The notes beneath the pieces were generated by a model. It made no database searches, had not been told where the DNA came from, and was given only the letters and a program-made list of their open reading frames with translations. Positions 8,831 through 17,493 of a DNA stretch of 27,316 nt are shown here, piece by piece. A program made the position numbers and the translations under genes. This DNA is from an uncultured Acidobacteriota bacterium (GTDB taxonomy: Bacteria > Acidobacteriota > Vicinamibacteria > Vicinamibacterales > UBA8438): the NCBI GenBank assembly GCA_913043805.1, contig CAJWMX010000001.1, positions 1 to 27,316 of the forward strand. Reading direction: 5' to 3'. Position 1 is the first letter of the stretch. Each line of letters opens with the position of its first letter.

Positions 8831-10142
8831 CTGCCTGGTAGACGAGACTGCGGGAAAGCTGCTGCACCTCGTTGATAGCCGGTCCGTTCGCCTGGATCAT
8901 GCCGACGAAGACCAGGTCCTCTTCCGGATCCACCCAGAACCAGGTGCCGGCGATGCCGAGCCAGTAGAACGATCCGTTCGACCAGGCTTCTCCCGAGGCG
9001 GCCGCGTCGTGCACGACCGAGAAGTTGAGGCCCCAGGTCTGGCCCGCTCGACGATAGCCGCTCTTCTCCTCGTCGGTGAGGTGGTCGCTCGCCATGAGCT
9101 CGATCGAGCGAGGCGACAGCAGGCGGACGCCGTTGAGCTCGCCGCCGTTGAGCAGCATCTGCGCAAACCTGATGTAGTCCGGCGCCGTGCCATAGAGACC
9201 GCCACCACCCGAAGGGCCGGCCGGCGGCTCGGTGCGCAGGGCTCCACGACCTTCGTAGGTCGGGCGGAGCCCACCCTCGCGGGTCGGACCATGGATCGAC
9301 GCCACCCGGTCCTTCTTCGACGAGGGCACGTAGAACGCGGTATCCACCATGCCCAGCGGCGCGAAGATCCGCTCCTGGAGGTAGTCGGCGAGCGGCTTCC
9401 CCGAGAGATGCTCGACCAGATAGCCCTGCACATCGACCGACGAGCTGTAGGCCCAGGTCGTCTGCGGCTGCGCTATCAGCGGCACCTCGACGATCTTGTC
9501 GATCATCGTCTGCAGCGACGCGTTCGCGTCGAGCACCGCGTTCTCCTGGAACGCCTGGGTCACCGGATGCCGGGGGTTCAACACGTAGCCCAGCCCGGCG
9601 GTGTGCTTCATCAGATCACGCATGGTGATCCGGCGACCGCGCTCGAGCGGCTCGGTCTCCATCGAGCCATCCGAACCTTCGCCCGTGTAAACCTGCAGGT
9701 CGGCGAATCCGGAGATGTACTTCGAGACCGGATCGTTGAGCTGGTACTTGCCCTCTTCGTAGAGCATCATCATGGCCACGCCGACGACCGGCTTGGTCAT
9801 GGAGTAGATGCGGAAAATCGAGTCGAGCTCGACGGGCGCATCCTTGGTGATGTCGAGCTTGCCGGCGGCGTCGGTGAAGACGACCTTCCCGTGACGGGCC
9901 AGCATCGTGGCCACGCCGGCCAGCTTCCCGTCATCGACCATCGCCTGCATGCCGGCGTCCAGCCGCTTCAAGCGCTCAGACGAGACCCCGACGTCTTCGG
10001 GCGTGGTGAGCTCGAGATCACGCGCCTCGGCTGCGGCGGCCTGGGGCGCGGCATCGACAAACAACATGCCGACCACACCCACCGACGCCAGTAGCGCGAG
10101 GACGACGACCACCGGGCGCCAACGGTTCACCGTTGCTTCCAC
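8820..10142 (-). CDS. Exported serine hydrolase, beta-lactamase/AmpC (class C-like) family
   Basis: SxxK motif 'RIYSMTK'; 'LMKHTAGL'; 'WAYSSSVDVQG'; 'RIFAPLGMVDT'; 'GGGGLYGT'; 'YWLGIAGTWFWVDP'; N-terminal hydrophobic signal. SD AGGAGG at 10150-10155 favours GTG 10142 (alternative 10145). Confidence 0.93.
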   Translation of the reverse strand: MEATVNRWRPVVVVLALLASVGVVGMLFVDAAPQAAAAEARDLELTTPEDVGVSSERLKRLDAGMQAMVDDGKLAGVATMLARHGKVVFTDAAGKLDITKDAPVELDSIFRIYSMTKPVVGVAMMMLYEEGKYQLNDPVSKYISGFADLQVYTGEGSDGSMETEPLERGRRITMRDLMKHTAGLGYVLNPRHPVTQAFQENAVLDANASLQTMIDKIVEVPLIAQPQTTWAYSSSVDVQGYLVEHLSGKPLADYLQERIFAPLGMVDTAFYVPSSKKDRVASIHGPTREGGLRPTYEGRGALRTEPPAGPSGGGGLYGTAPDYIRFAQMLLNGGELNGVRLLSPRSIELMASDHLTDEEKSGYRRAGQTWGLNFSVVHDAAASGEAWSNGSFYWLGIAGTWFWVDPEEDLVFVGMIQANGPAINEVQQLSRSLVYQAVID

Positions 10143-10271
10143 CACTACACCTCCTGAAGTTCCGAAATGACGACTTCCTAGCCTACGTCACCCAGACGCC
10201 AGCGAGGGACAAAACCTTTCACGGCTCCCACTCGTCTCATACCACGCACCCCCGCAACAGGAGACTGCCCC

Positions 10272-10718
10272 ATGACGGTTCTGTCGTCACTCGGCCGCAC
10301 ACTTCGTACCTTTCGGCGAGCCCCGATCGTCACGCTCCTCATCGTGGGCACGCTCTCGCTCGGCATCGGGGCCACCACGCTGATCTACAGCATCGCCGAT
10401 GGTCTGGTGTTGAACCCCTATCCCTTCCCGGAACCCGAGCGTCTGGTCGGTGTCAGGACCGCCTATCCCAAGGCGGGCGCCGAGCTGGACTTCATGGAGA
10501 CCCTTTCGCCCGCCGAGTATCTCGACGTGGCGAGCCAGACGGAGACTCTCACCGACGTCGTGGCCTGGGACATGGGCAACCGCCAGATCACCGAGCTGGG
10601 GACGGAGAACGTGTTCGCCGGGTTCTGGTGGGGCGACGCCTTCCCAACCCTCGGGATTGTCCCTGCCGCCCGGAAAGGGTTCCTGCCCGACGAGATCACC
10701 CAGGGCGAGCCAGTCGCC
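10272..10718 (+). pseudogene. 5' fragment of an ADOP/MacB-FtsX-type ABC permease, truncated after ~149 codons
   Basis: 'LRTFRRAPIVTLLIVGTLSLGIGATTLIYSIADGLVLNPYPFPEPERLV' is the canonical ADOP N-terminus. Similarity continues to 'GFLPDEITQGEPVA' and then stops. The rest of the 471-aa ORF is the antisense shadow of the next gene. SD GGAG present. Confidence 0.8.
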
Positions 10719-10748
10719 TCGACCCGGCCCGCGCCCTCAGGGTGTAGC

Positions 10749-10790
10749 GCCCGAAGCCTGGAGCCCGAGTTTTGGGCTTGGGCTTTGGGC
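10749..10790. repeat. GC-rich imperfect hairpin built from GCCC(A/G)AA-type units (REP-like or terminator-like)
   Basis: GCCCGAAGCCTGGAGCCC-GAGTTTT-GGGCTTGGGCTTTGGGC; pairs with G-U wobbles; lies 3 nt beyond the stop of the minus-strand gene; no U-tract on either side. Confidence 0.55.
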
Positions 10791-10793
10791 CAG

Positions 10794-11906
10794 TCAATAA
10801 ACGATCAAGAACGAGCCGTCGGGGCGAGTGGCGATGGTGGGCACGCTGCGAGCCGGAATGGGGGCCTTGCCCCCGCCCGGCTCGCCGACGGTTCGGCCTG
10901 CGGCGTCGAACAGCTGCCAGTGGAACGTACCGCCCGACTGGTAGCCGGGACCATCGCCCCAGGCAAGCAAGACATCGCCGGCGGCGTTGGTGGCCACCGT
11001 CGGGTTCTTCCTTCTGAACGCGCCCTCACCCGGCGGCGAGAACGCCTCGTCGAGGGCCGCCACATCGGCGACGTAGATCTCCCCCTGGGTTTCCCACGCC
11101 ACCAGCGTGCGGTCGGAGCCGACCGCGAAGGTCGTCGTCGCCACCGGACAGGCGCCGATCTCCCAGGGTTGGACAAGGGCGTCGTCGAACGTTCGTCCCT
11201 GGTCGACGCTGGTCAGCAGATGCATCCCTCGACGGACGTTGTCGCCCGCGGCCCGATACGCCGTCCTGAGCACACCCTCCGGGTCGACGCTGGCGCGGAG
11301 ACCGCAGCACCCGCACGCGCCGTGCTCGGGCGGGCTCACCGGTCGGGGGAGATCGAAGAGCACGCCGTTGTTCCGCGACACGGCCAGGTGCACGCGGCGA
11401 CTCGCCTCCTCGCCGTCGCCCGAGTGCCAGAAGACATAGACGTTGCCCGCCTCGTCCACCGTCACGGCCGGGGCCGCCTCGATACCCACCTCGTCGTGCA
11501 TCGAGAGAGTCTGCTGCTCCTGGAACATGCCGGTATGGTCGGTCCGAGCGTAGAAATGCCGGTTGGGGTCCTTGTGAAACCAGGTGGCATGCAACAGACC
11601 GTCCGGGCCAATCGCCAGCTGACCTCCGTCGATGGGGCCCAGACCGTGCACAGAGTGGGGATCACTGTTGACCCGCTCCGGCGCTGACCAGTCGTCGTCT
11701 CCCGGGGCCCGACTGACGTGCCAGAGATCGCCACTGCTCATCGACCCGGTGTAGTAGATGAGCTGCAGCACGCCAGCATCGTCGATGACCATCTGAGGGA
11801 GTGACGCACCCTCGGGCGCACGCAACACGACCACCTCGGGCGGTGGACCGGCGCAGGCGGCGGACCCGGCCAGCGCAACCGCGAGCAGGACGTAGCGCAT
11901 GGTCAT
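10794..11906 (-). CDS. BNR/sialidase-like beta-propeller lipoprotein with C-G-C-C and W-x-I-x-A-C-P motifs
   Basis: Lipobox 'GSAAC'; Asp-box-like 'SRNNGVLF' and 'SVDQGRTF'; 'GACGCCG'; 'WEIGACP'. Its ATG overlaps the upstream stop (ATGA). Confidence 0.75.
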   Translation of the reverse strand: MTMRYVLLAVALAGSAACAGPPPEVVVLRAPEGASLPQMVIDDAGVLQLIYYTGSMSSGDLWHVSRAPGDDDWSAPERVNSDPHSVHGLGPIDGGQLAIGPDGLLHATWFHKDPNRHFYARTDHTGMFQEQQTLSMHDEVGIEAAPAVTVDEAGNVYVFWHSGDGEEASRRVHLAVSRNNGVLFDLPRPVSPPEHGACGCCGLRASVDPEGVLRTAYRAAGDNVRRGMHLLTSVDQGRTFDDALVQPWEIGACPVATTTFAVGSDRTLVAWETQGEIYVADVAALDEAFSPPGEGAFRRKNPTVATNAAGDVLLAWGDGPGYQSGGTFHWQLFDAAGRTVGEPGGGKAPIPARSVPTIATRPDGSFLIVY

Positions 11907-13315
11907 GGCGTTTCCTCTATGCGGTACAGCTTTGTCATGGTTCGAATGAACAGTGCACCATCGGCCACCGCGGGCGAAGCGAAGGCCAGCTCGTCCAGGC
12001 TGTTCACCGCCAGTTCCTCATAGGTGTCGCCCGCGGAAATGACGAACGTATCGCCCTGCTCGCTCAGCAAATACACCTTTCCGTCGGCGGCCCACGGCGA
12101 CGCCGCGAAGCTCGCACCACCGCCACCGACCCGCTCGCGATACACGCGCTGGCCGGTATGGGTATCGAAGACGTTGAGAATCCCGTTGTCGAAGATCGAG
12201 TAGAGACGCCCGCGGTAGACCAGCGGTGACGGCACGTAGGGCATGCCGGCGGGCTGCAGCCACGCCACGTGCTCGCTGTCGGTCTCGCCCTCCGCCAGGG
12301 TGATGTCGCCCTCGGCGCCAGGTTGCACCGCCGCCAGCGGCCGATTGGGACCACCCTGCGCACCGGTCCCGACGCAGACGTGCTGGTCGTCAGCGACCGG
12401 CGTCGGCGTCGGCTGGCCGCTCAGACCGCCCAGCCGCCACAACTCGTTGCCCTCCTGGTCGTAGCTGATCGCATGCCCGAGCCCCACGGTGACCAGCTCG
12501 GTCCGCTGCGCATGGCGCCAGACATACGGCGTCGACCAGCCCGATGGGAAGAACCCCTCCGGCACCAGCCGCTCGACGCTGAAGACCTCGATGCCCGACC
12601 CCTTGCCATACGCCGAGAGATAGGAGCGAGTGAGGTTGTCATTCAGGACGTAGATCAGCTCGTCGTCGACGGCCACCGACGACGCGGTGCCGAAATCGAG
12701 GTAGATCGGATACGGATCGAACCGCGTCGACCAGACCGGCTCGCCAGACAGGCTGGTGACGAACAGTCCGATGTTGCCGATGTGCACGTAGATGTACTCA
12801 CCGTCGGTGACCGGCGTTTCCAAGGCGTAGCTGTTCTTCCGATGTCGGCCGCCTGGCGCCTGACCTCGGTGTAGCTCCTCGAACCACAACGTCCGACCCG
12901 TGGCCGCGTCCAGACAGTAGAGCATCCAGCGGACGGGGGCCGACTCGTGGGTGGTGGTCTCGATGTCGCGAGCCGAGACCTGTTCCATCGCCTCGTCCTG
13001 GGTGAGCCCCTGCTCCATCAGCTCGGCCAGCAGGTCGTTGCCGAAGATGCCGGGCTCCGGCGCCTTGTACTCGCCCTGGATGATGGCCGAGGTGAGATAG
13101 ACCCGGTCTTCCCACACGATGGGCGACGACCATCCGGTGCCACCGATGGTGACGGCCCAGGTGACGTTCTCGTCGGCCGACCAGGTGTCCGGCAGCTGCG
13201 CCCCGTCGGCAATGGCCCGACCGTCCGGCCCGCGGAACTGCGGCCAGTGCTGGCCGGCCACGGGCTGACCACACGACAGCAACAGCGCGACGACGATCCA
13301 GCCCTGCCGAGTCAT
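11903..13315 (-). CDS. PQQ-binding-like (BamB-like) beta-propeller repeat protein, exported
   Basis: Signal peptide; 'HWPQFRGP'; 'GWSSPIVWEDRVYL'; 'CLDAATGRTLW'; 'ETPVTDGE'; 'SPLVYRGRLY'; 'ASPWAADGKVY'; 'ASPAVADGALFIRT'. Confidence 0.88.
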   Translation of the reverse strand: MTRQGWIVVALLLSCGQPVAGQHWPQFRGPDGRAIADGAQLPDTWSADENVTWAVTIGGTGWSSPIVWEDRVYLTSAIIQGEYKAPEPGIFGNDLLAELMEQGLTQDEAMEQVSARDIETTTHESAPVRWMLYCLDAATGRTLWFEELHRGQAPGGRHRKNSYALETPVTDGEYIYVHIGNIGLFVTSLSGEPVWSTRFDPYPIYLDFGTASSVAVDDELIYVLNDNLTRSYLSAYGKGSGIEVFSVERLVPEGFFPSGWSTPYVWRHAQRTELVTVGLGHAISYDQEGNELWRLGGLSGQPTPTPVADDQHVCVGTGAQGGPNRPLAAVQPGAEGDITLAEGETDSEHVAWLQPAGMPYVPSPLVYRGRLYSIFDNGILNVFDTHTGQRVYRERVGGGGASFAASPWAADGKVYLLSEQGDTFVISAGDTYEELAVNSLDELAFASPAVADGALFIRTMTKLYRIEETP

Positions 13316-13333
13316 CTGTCTATGGTAAGACAG
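13316..13333. promoter_or_regulatory. Palindromic bidirectional promoter core CTGTCT-ATGGTA-AGACAG
   Basis: Perfect 6-bp arms flank a centre that reads TACCAT on minus (13322-13327) and overlaps TATGGT on plus (13321-13326). Each hexamer lies 6 nt from a start codon (ATG 13315 minus; GTG 13333 plus). Confidence 0.55.
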
Positions 13334-13347
13334 TGATGGGAGGTCAC

Positions 13348-16194
13348 GTGCTCAGCCTTTATGCTCGACGCCGGTTCCTTGTCGTCTGTCCGACCCTGCT
13401 GGTCGCCGTGGTGGTAACGGGCTGCGATACACCACCCCCACCGGTCGAGCCTGCCCCGACCGGCGACTTCCCCGGTCTGACCTACGAACGCTACACCCTG
13501 GACAACAGGCTCGAGGTGGTGCTGCACGAGGACCACTCTGACCCGATCGTGGCGGTAGCCACCATCGTCCATGTGGGCTCGAGCCGCGAGCGACCGGGCC
13601 GCACGGGCTTCGCGCACTTCTTCGAGCACATGTCGTTCAACGACTCGGAGAACGTCCCTCGCGGCGCCAACCGGAAGCTGATCCCCGAACTGGGCGGTAC
13701 GCGGAACGGTGGCACCAGCCGCGACATGACCATCTACTACGAGGTGGTGCCGAGAGACGCGTTCGAGAAGATCCTCTGGATCGACTCGGATCGGCTTGGC
13801 TTCATGATCAACACCGTCACCGAGGCCGCGCTCGAACGCGAGAAACAGGTCGTCAAAAACGAGAAGCGGCAGCGCGTCGACAACGCCCCCTACGGTCACA
13901 CCCGGACCGTGCAGCAGGCGGCGCTCTATCCGGAGGACCACCCGTATCACTGGACCGTGATCGGCTCGCTCGACGATCTGCAGAGCGCCACGCTCGAGGA
14001 CGTGCAGTCGTTCTACACCCGGCTGTACGGCGCCAACAACGCCACGCTCGTGATTGCCGGCGACATCGACATCGAAGAGACCAAACGGCTGGTCGAGTAC
14101 TGGTTCGGCGAGATCCGGCAGGGTCCGACCGTGGCGGCGCCCTACCCGCAACCGGTCTATCTCGACGCCACGCGGTCGTTGATGTACGAAGACAACTTCG
14201 CGACCCTCCCGGAGCTGCAACTCGTGTTTCCCACCGTTGAGCAGTTTCACGAAGATCACTACGCGCTCGACCTGCTGGCCGCGCTGCTTGCCGGCAACCG
14301 GGAATCACCGCTGTACCAGGCGGTAGTGGAGGAACAGCAGCTGGCCCCGGACGTCTCGGTGGGACATCGCGCCGCCGAAATCGCCGGCGAGCTGGTGTTC
14401 AGAGTGCGGGCCACCGCCGACACCGACCTGGACAGCGTCGTGGCCGCCGTCGACGAGGCGCTTGACCAGTTCGAACAAGACGGCGTCGGCCCGGACGCGC
14501 TGGCGCGCGTCAAGGTGCAGGCCGAGCGCAGCCTGCATCAGCGGATCGGCAGCGTGCTCGACAAGGCGTTCGAGCTGGCGGAAGGGAACGAGTTCGCCGG
14601 CGATCCGAACCACATCGCCACGATCGCGAGCCGAACCGCGGCCGTGACCGCCGACGAGGTCATGGCGGCCTACCGGCGCTATATCAAGGACCGGCCGCGG
14701 ATCATGACCAGCTTCGTGCCGCGTGGCCGACCCGAGCTCGCGCTCGAAGGCGCCGACCGCGCCCACGTCGTCGAAGAAGAGATCGTGGCTGGCGCCGAAG
14801 ACGAGGTCACCCAGGGGGACGAAGCACGGTACCGACGTACGCCAACCGAAGCTGACCGGTCGGAGCCCCCGCTCGGTTTCACCCCGCTCGTCAGGGCTCC
14901 AGAGGTCTGGCAAAGCCAGCTCGACAACGGGCTCGACGTCTACGGCATCGAGCATCGCGAGAGCCAGCTCGTCGAGTTCGACCTCACGATTCCGGGCGGC
15001 CAGCTGCAGGATCCGGAGGGCAAGACGGGGGTGGCCGGGCTTCTTGCCTCACTGCTGCTGGAAGGCACAGCCCGCCGCACGCCGAATGAGCTCGAGGCGG
15101 CCATCGATCTGCTGGGCGCCCGGCTCAGCGTCTCGTCCGGTCGTGAGGCGATCCGGCTGACCGGGAGCACCCTGGCTCGGACGTTCGAACCGACGATGGC
15201 CCTGGTGAGCGAGATGCTGCTCACGCCGAGGTGGGACGAGGACGAGTTCGACCGTCTGACACGTGAACTGACGACACGGCTCAAGGACCGCGAGTCGAGT
15301 CCGCCCGCCATCGCCAGTGACGTGTTCTATCGCCTCCTCTACGGCGACGACCACGTGTTCGGCACGCCACCGGCGGGGACGCCAGAGACGACGGCCGGCA
15401 TCACGCTGGACGACCTGCGGGACTACAACGAGCGCGTGTTCTCACCATCCGACGCCTCCTTCCATGTGACCGGCGCCGTCAGCCAGCAAGCGGCGGTGGG
15501 CGCCCTCGCGGCGCTGGGCACCAACTGGGAGGCACGGCCGGTCGACCAGTCGCCGCAACCGGCGCCGGCATCGGCCGAGGCGGGACGCATCTACTTCGTG
15601 GACGTTCCCGACGCGAAGCAGTCCGTGCTGATGGCCGGCCGGCTCGCCCTCTCGGCCGAAGACGACGCCTGGACGCGGCTCGACTTCGCCAACGAACGGA
15701 TCGGCGGCAGCTCCAGCGGTCGCCTGTTTCAACTGCTCAGGATCGAGAAGGGCTACACCTACGGCGCCCGGTCGAGCATCGGCACCACCCGGGAGGTCGC
15801 GCCGTGGCTGGCGCAGACCAGCGTCCGAGCCAACGTCACGCTCGAATCGCTCCAGCTACTGCAGGAGCAGATCCGCGACTACGCCCCGACCTTCACCGAG
15901 GAGGATGTCGAGGTCACCCGCAACCAGATCGTGAAGGGCAACACTCGAGCCTTCGAGTCGCTCGGCGCGAAGCTCGGACTGCTACGGCAGATGAGCCGCC
16001 TGGGCAAGCCGGCCGACTTCGTCGAGCGGGATCAGGAGACGCTGCTCGCGATGACGCTCGACGACTTCCGCGACACAATCACCACCCACCTGGACGAGAG
16101 CCAGATGATCTACGTCGTGGTGGGTGACGCCGAGACCCAGCTCGACCGGATGGCCGAGCTGGGGTTGGGTGAGCCTGTGGTCGTGGCCCGCTAG
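13348..16194 (+). CDS. M16 (pitrilysin/insulinase) family zinc metallopeptidase, full-length form, predicted lipoprotein
   Basis: Inverted zinc motif HFFEH; 'NGGTSRDMTIYYE'; 'EKQVVKNEKRQR'; C-terminal half with 'LRIEKGYTYG'; lipobox 'VVTGC'. SD GGAGG favours GTG 13348; in-frame GTG 13333 is a possible leaderless start. Confidence 0.94.
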   Translation: MLSLYARRRFLVVCPTLLVAVVVTGCDTPPPPVEPAPTGDFPGLTYERYTLDNRLEVVLHEDHSDPIVAVATIVHVGSSRERPGRTGFAHFFEHMSFNDSENVPRGANRKLIPELGGTRNGGTSRDMTIYYEVVPRDAFEKILWIDSDRLGFMINTVTEAALEREKQVVKNEKRQRVDNAPYGHTRTVQQAALYPEDHPYHWTVIGSLDDLQSATLEDVQSFYTRLYGANNATLVIAGDIDIEETKRLVEYWFGEIRQGPTVAAPYPQPVYLDATRSLMYEDNFATLPELQLVFPTVEQFHEDHYALDLLAALLAGNRESPLYQAVVEEQQLAPDVSVGHRAAEIAGELVFRVRATADTDLDSVVAAVDEALDQFEQDGVGPDALARVKVQAERSLHQRIGSVLDKAFELAEGNEFAGDPNHIATIASRTAAVTADEVMAAYRRYIKDRPRIMTSFVPRGRPELALEGADRAHVVEEEIVAGAEDEVTQGDEARYRRTPTEADRSEPPLGFTPLVRAPEVWQSQLDNGLDVYGIEHRESQLVEFDLTIPGGQLQDPEGKTGVAGLLASLLLEGTARRTPNELEAAIDLLGARLSVSSGREAIRLTGSTLARTFEPTMALVSEMLLTPRWDEDEFDRLTRELTTRLKDRESSPPAIASDVFYRLLYGDDHVFGTPPAGTPETTAGITLDDLRDYNERVFSPSDASFHVTGAVSQQAAVGALAALGTNWEARPVDQSPQPAPASAEAGRIYFVDVPDAKQSVLMAGRLALSAEDDAWTRLDFANERIGGSSSGRLFQLLRIEKGYTYGARSSIGTTREVAPWLAQTSVRANVTLESLQLLQEQIRDYAPTFTEEDVEVTRNQIVKGNTRAFESLGAKLGLLRQMSRLGKPADFVERDQETLLAMTLDDFRDTITTHLDESQMIYVVVGDAETQLDRMAELGLGEPVVVAR

Positions 16195-16209
16195 AGAGCC
16201 GACTGGTCC

Positions 16210-16500
16210 CTACGGGTAATCCGGGTCGTACACTTCGAACTGGAAGGGGCCGATCTCCTCAGGATAGCCCTCGATGCTCGCCAAGTAGGTCGACGCCGTG
16301 TGCTCGGTGTCGTTGATCCAGATGGACGTAATCCGCCAGAGCCGCGCGTCCTCGTCGTCGCTAAGCTCCTCGGACGTCAGCAGCTTGATCGCGACCGGAC
16401 GGCGGAGCTCGAGGTCGTCGGCGAGGAAGACTTCCCCCATCCCGCCAGCTCCCAGCTGCCGCCGGATCCGATAGTGCGAGACCACCTCGTTGGCTTGCAT
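16210..16500 (-). pseudogene. Chimeric 96-aa ORF: Ser/Thr protein kinase N-lobe fragment fused in frame to an unrelated C-terminal segment
   Basis: Residues ~1-53 'SHYRIRRQLGAGGMGEVFLADDLELRRPVAIKLL...DEDAR' are Hanks kinase subdomains I-II. The rest (WRITSIWINDTEHTASTYLASIEGYPEEIGPFQFEVYDPDYP) has no HRD/DFG motif but has coding-like codon use. Confidence 0.75.
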
Positions 16501-16680
16501 CGTCTTTCCGACGCAAAGGACGGGCCACAGGCGCTCAGTTCCACACCCCGACCGTCACCCGAAGCGCCGTACGAAGACACGCGCAAGGCGAGCGGGCCGA
16601 GGGCCACCTATGTTGTGAATCGCCGCCAGTATACCCCTGAGGCGGCGGGCGACGCTTTCGGGAATCCGGCGCGGGACGCG

Positions 16681-17400
16681 CTACTCGATCGACAGCAGCT
16701 CGACCTCGAAGACGAGGGCGGCGTTGCCCGGAATGCCGGGACGGCCCTGGGGGCCATAGGCAAGGTCGGGCGGGCAGACGAGCGTGCTCTTGCCGCCAAC
16801 GGCGATCTGCTGCAGCCCTTCGGTCCAACAGGGAATCACTCCCGACAAGGGGAAGGTGGCTGGCTCGCCGCGGGTGACCGAGCTGTCGAACACGGTGCCG
16901 TCCCTGAGGGTGCCGTGATAGTGGACCTGCACGGTATCGTCGGCGGTGGGGGTGGCGCCGGTGCCGGCCGTCATCTCCATGATCACGATGCCTGAGTCGG
17001 TGCGCACCGCACCGTCCATGGCCGCCTGCTCCTCGATGAACGCGTTCGCCAGCTCGAGCTCGCCCTCGGAAGCCACGGCCACCCTGGCCTCCATGAAGCC
17101 CTGAATCTGGGGGCCAAACTCGTTCAGCTCGACCAGCGCGTCTTCACCCAGGACCGCGTCGCTGAGCCCCCGCTGTACGTAGGCGAGCTCGTCGGCAGTC
17201 AAGCCGGCCGGCATGAGGTTCTGCGCCAGCGCCTGGCCGAGCGCGTTCAGGATCCGCTGGTCGTCTGTTTCGGGCACGCCGCCCGATATCGGCGCCGACG
17301 ACGACCCACCCGAGCCGGCGCCTCCCGGCGCGCCCTCGCCACAGGCGATCAGGACACAGCTGGCGGCGACCAGAAGAGTGGTGGAAAGTGCGGTCCGCAT
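16681..17400 (-). CDS. FKBP-type peptidyl-prolyl cis-trans isomerase (FkpA/Mip-like), predicted lipoprotein
   Basis: Lipobox 'LIAC'; FKBP_N-like 'NALGQALAQNL'; catalytic domain 'VQVHYHGTLRDGTVFDSS...GEPATFPLSGVIPCWTEGL...PPDLAYG...IPGNAALVFEVELL'; SD AAAGGA. Confidence 0.95.
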   Translation of the reverse strand: MRTALSTTLLVAASCVLIACGEGAPGGAGSGGSSSAPISGGVPETDDQRILNALGQALAQNLMPAGLTADELAYVQRGLSDAVLGEDALVELNEFGPQIQGFMEARVAVASEGELELANAFIEEQAAMDGAVRTDSGIVIMEMTAGTGATPTADDTVQVHYHGTLRDGTVFDSSVTRGEPATFPLSGVIPCWTEGLQQIAVGGKSTLVCPPDLAYGPQGRPGIPGNAALVFEVELLSIE

Positions 17401-17493
17401 GGCTGGTTCCTTTAAGGGGAGTATCGGCGACGCTGTAGCGCGCCGCGCTCGCGGCGGGTGTGGCCAGATCTTACGTCATTCGGCCGGTCGAGG

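Noticed and set aside
10272-11687. 471-aa ORF as a full-length ABC permease
   Set aside because: Permease similarity stops at ~10718; the rest is the antisense frame of the 10794-11906 gene and has no further TM helices.
11903-16194. PQQ biosynthesis or utilisation locus (PQQ-like propeller next to a PqqF/PqqL-like M16 peptidase)
   Set aside because: No pqqA-E genes are present. The propeller is of the generic WPQFRGP BamB-like type without recognisable quinoprotein dehydrogenase catalytic features. The link is only in family names.
16501-16600. c-di-GMP-I riboswitch suggested by GACGCAAAG
   Set aside because: The motif is on the strand opposite to the downstream gene, and the GGCAAAC/GAAA tetraloop-receptor architecture is absent.
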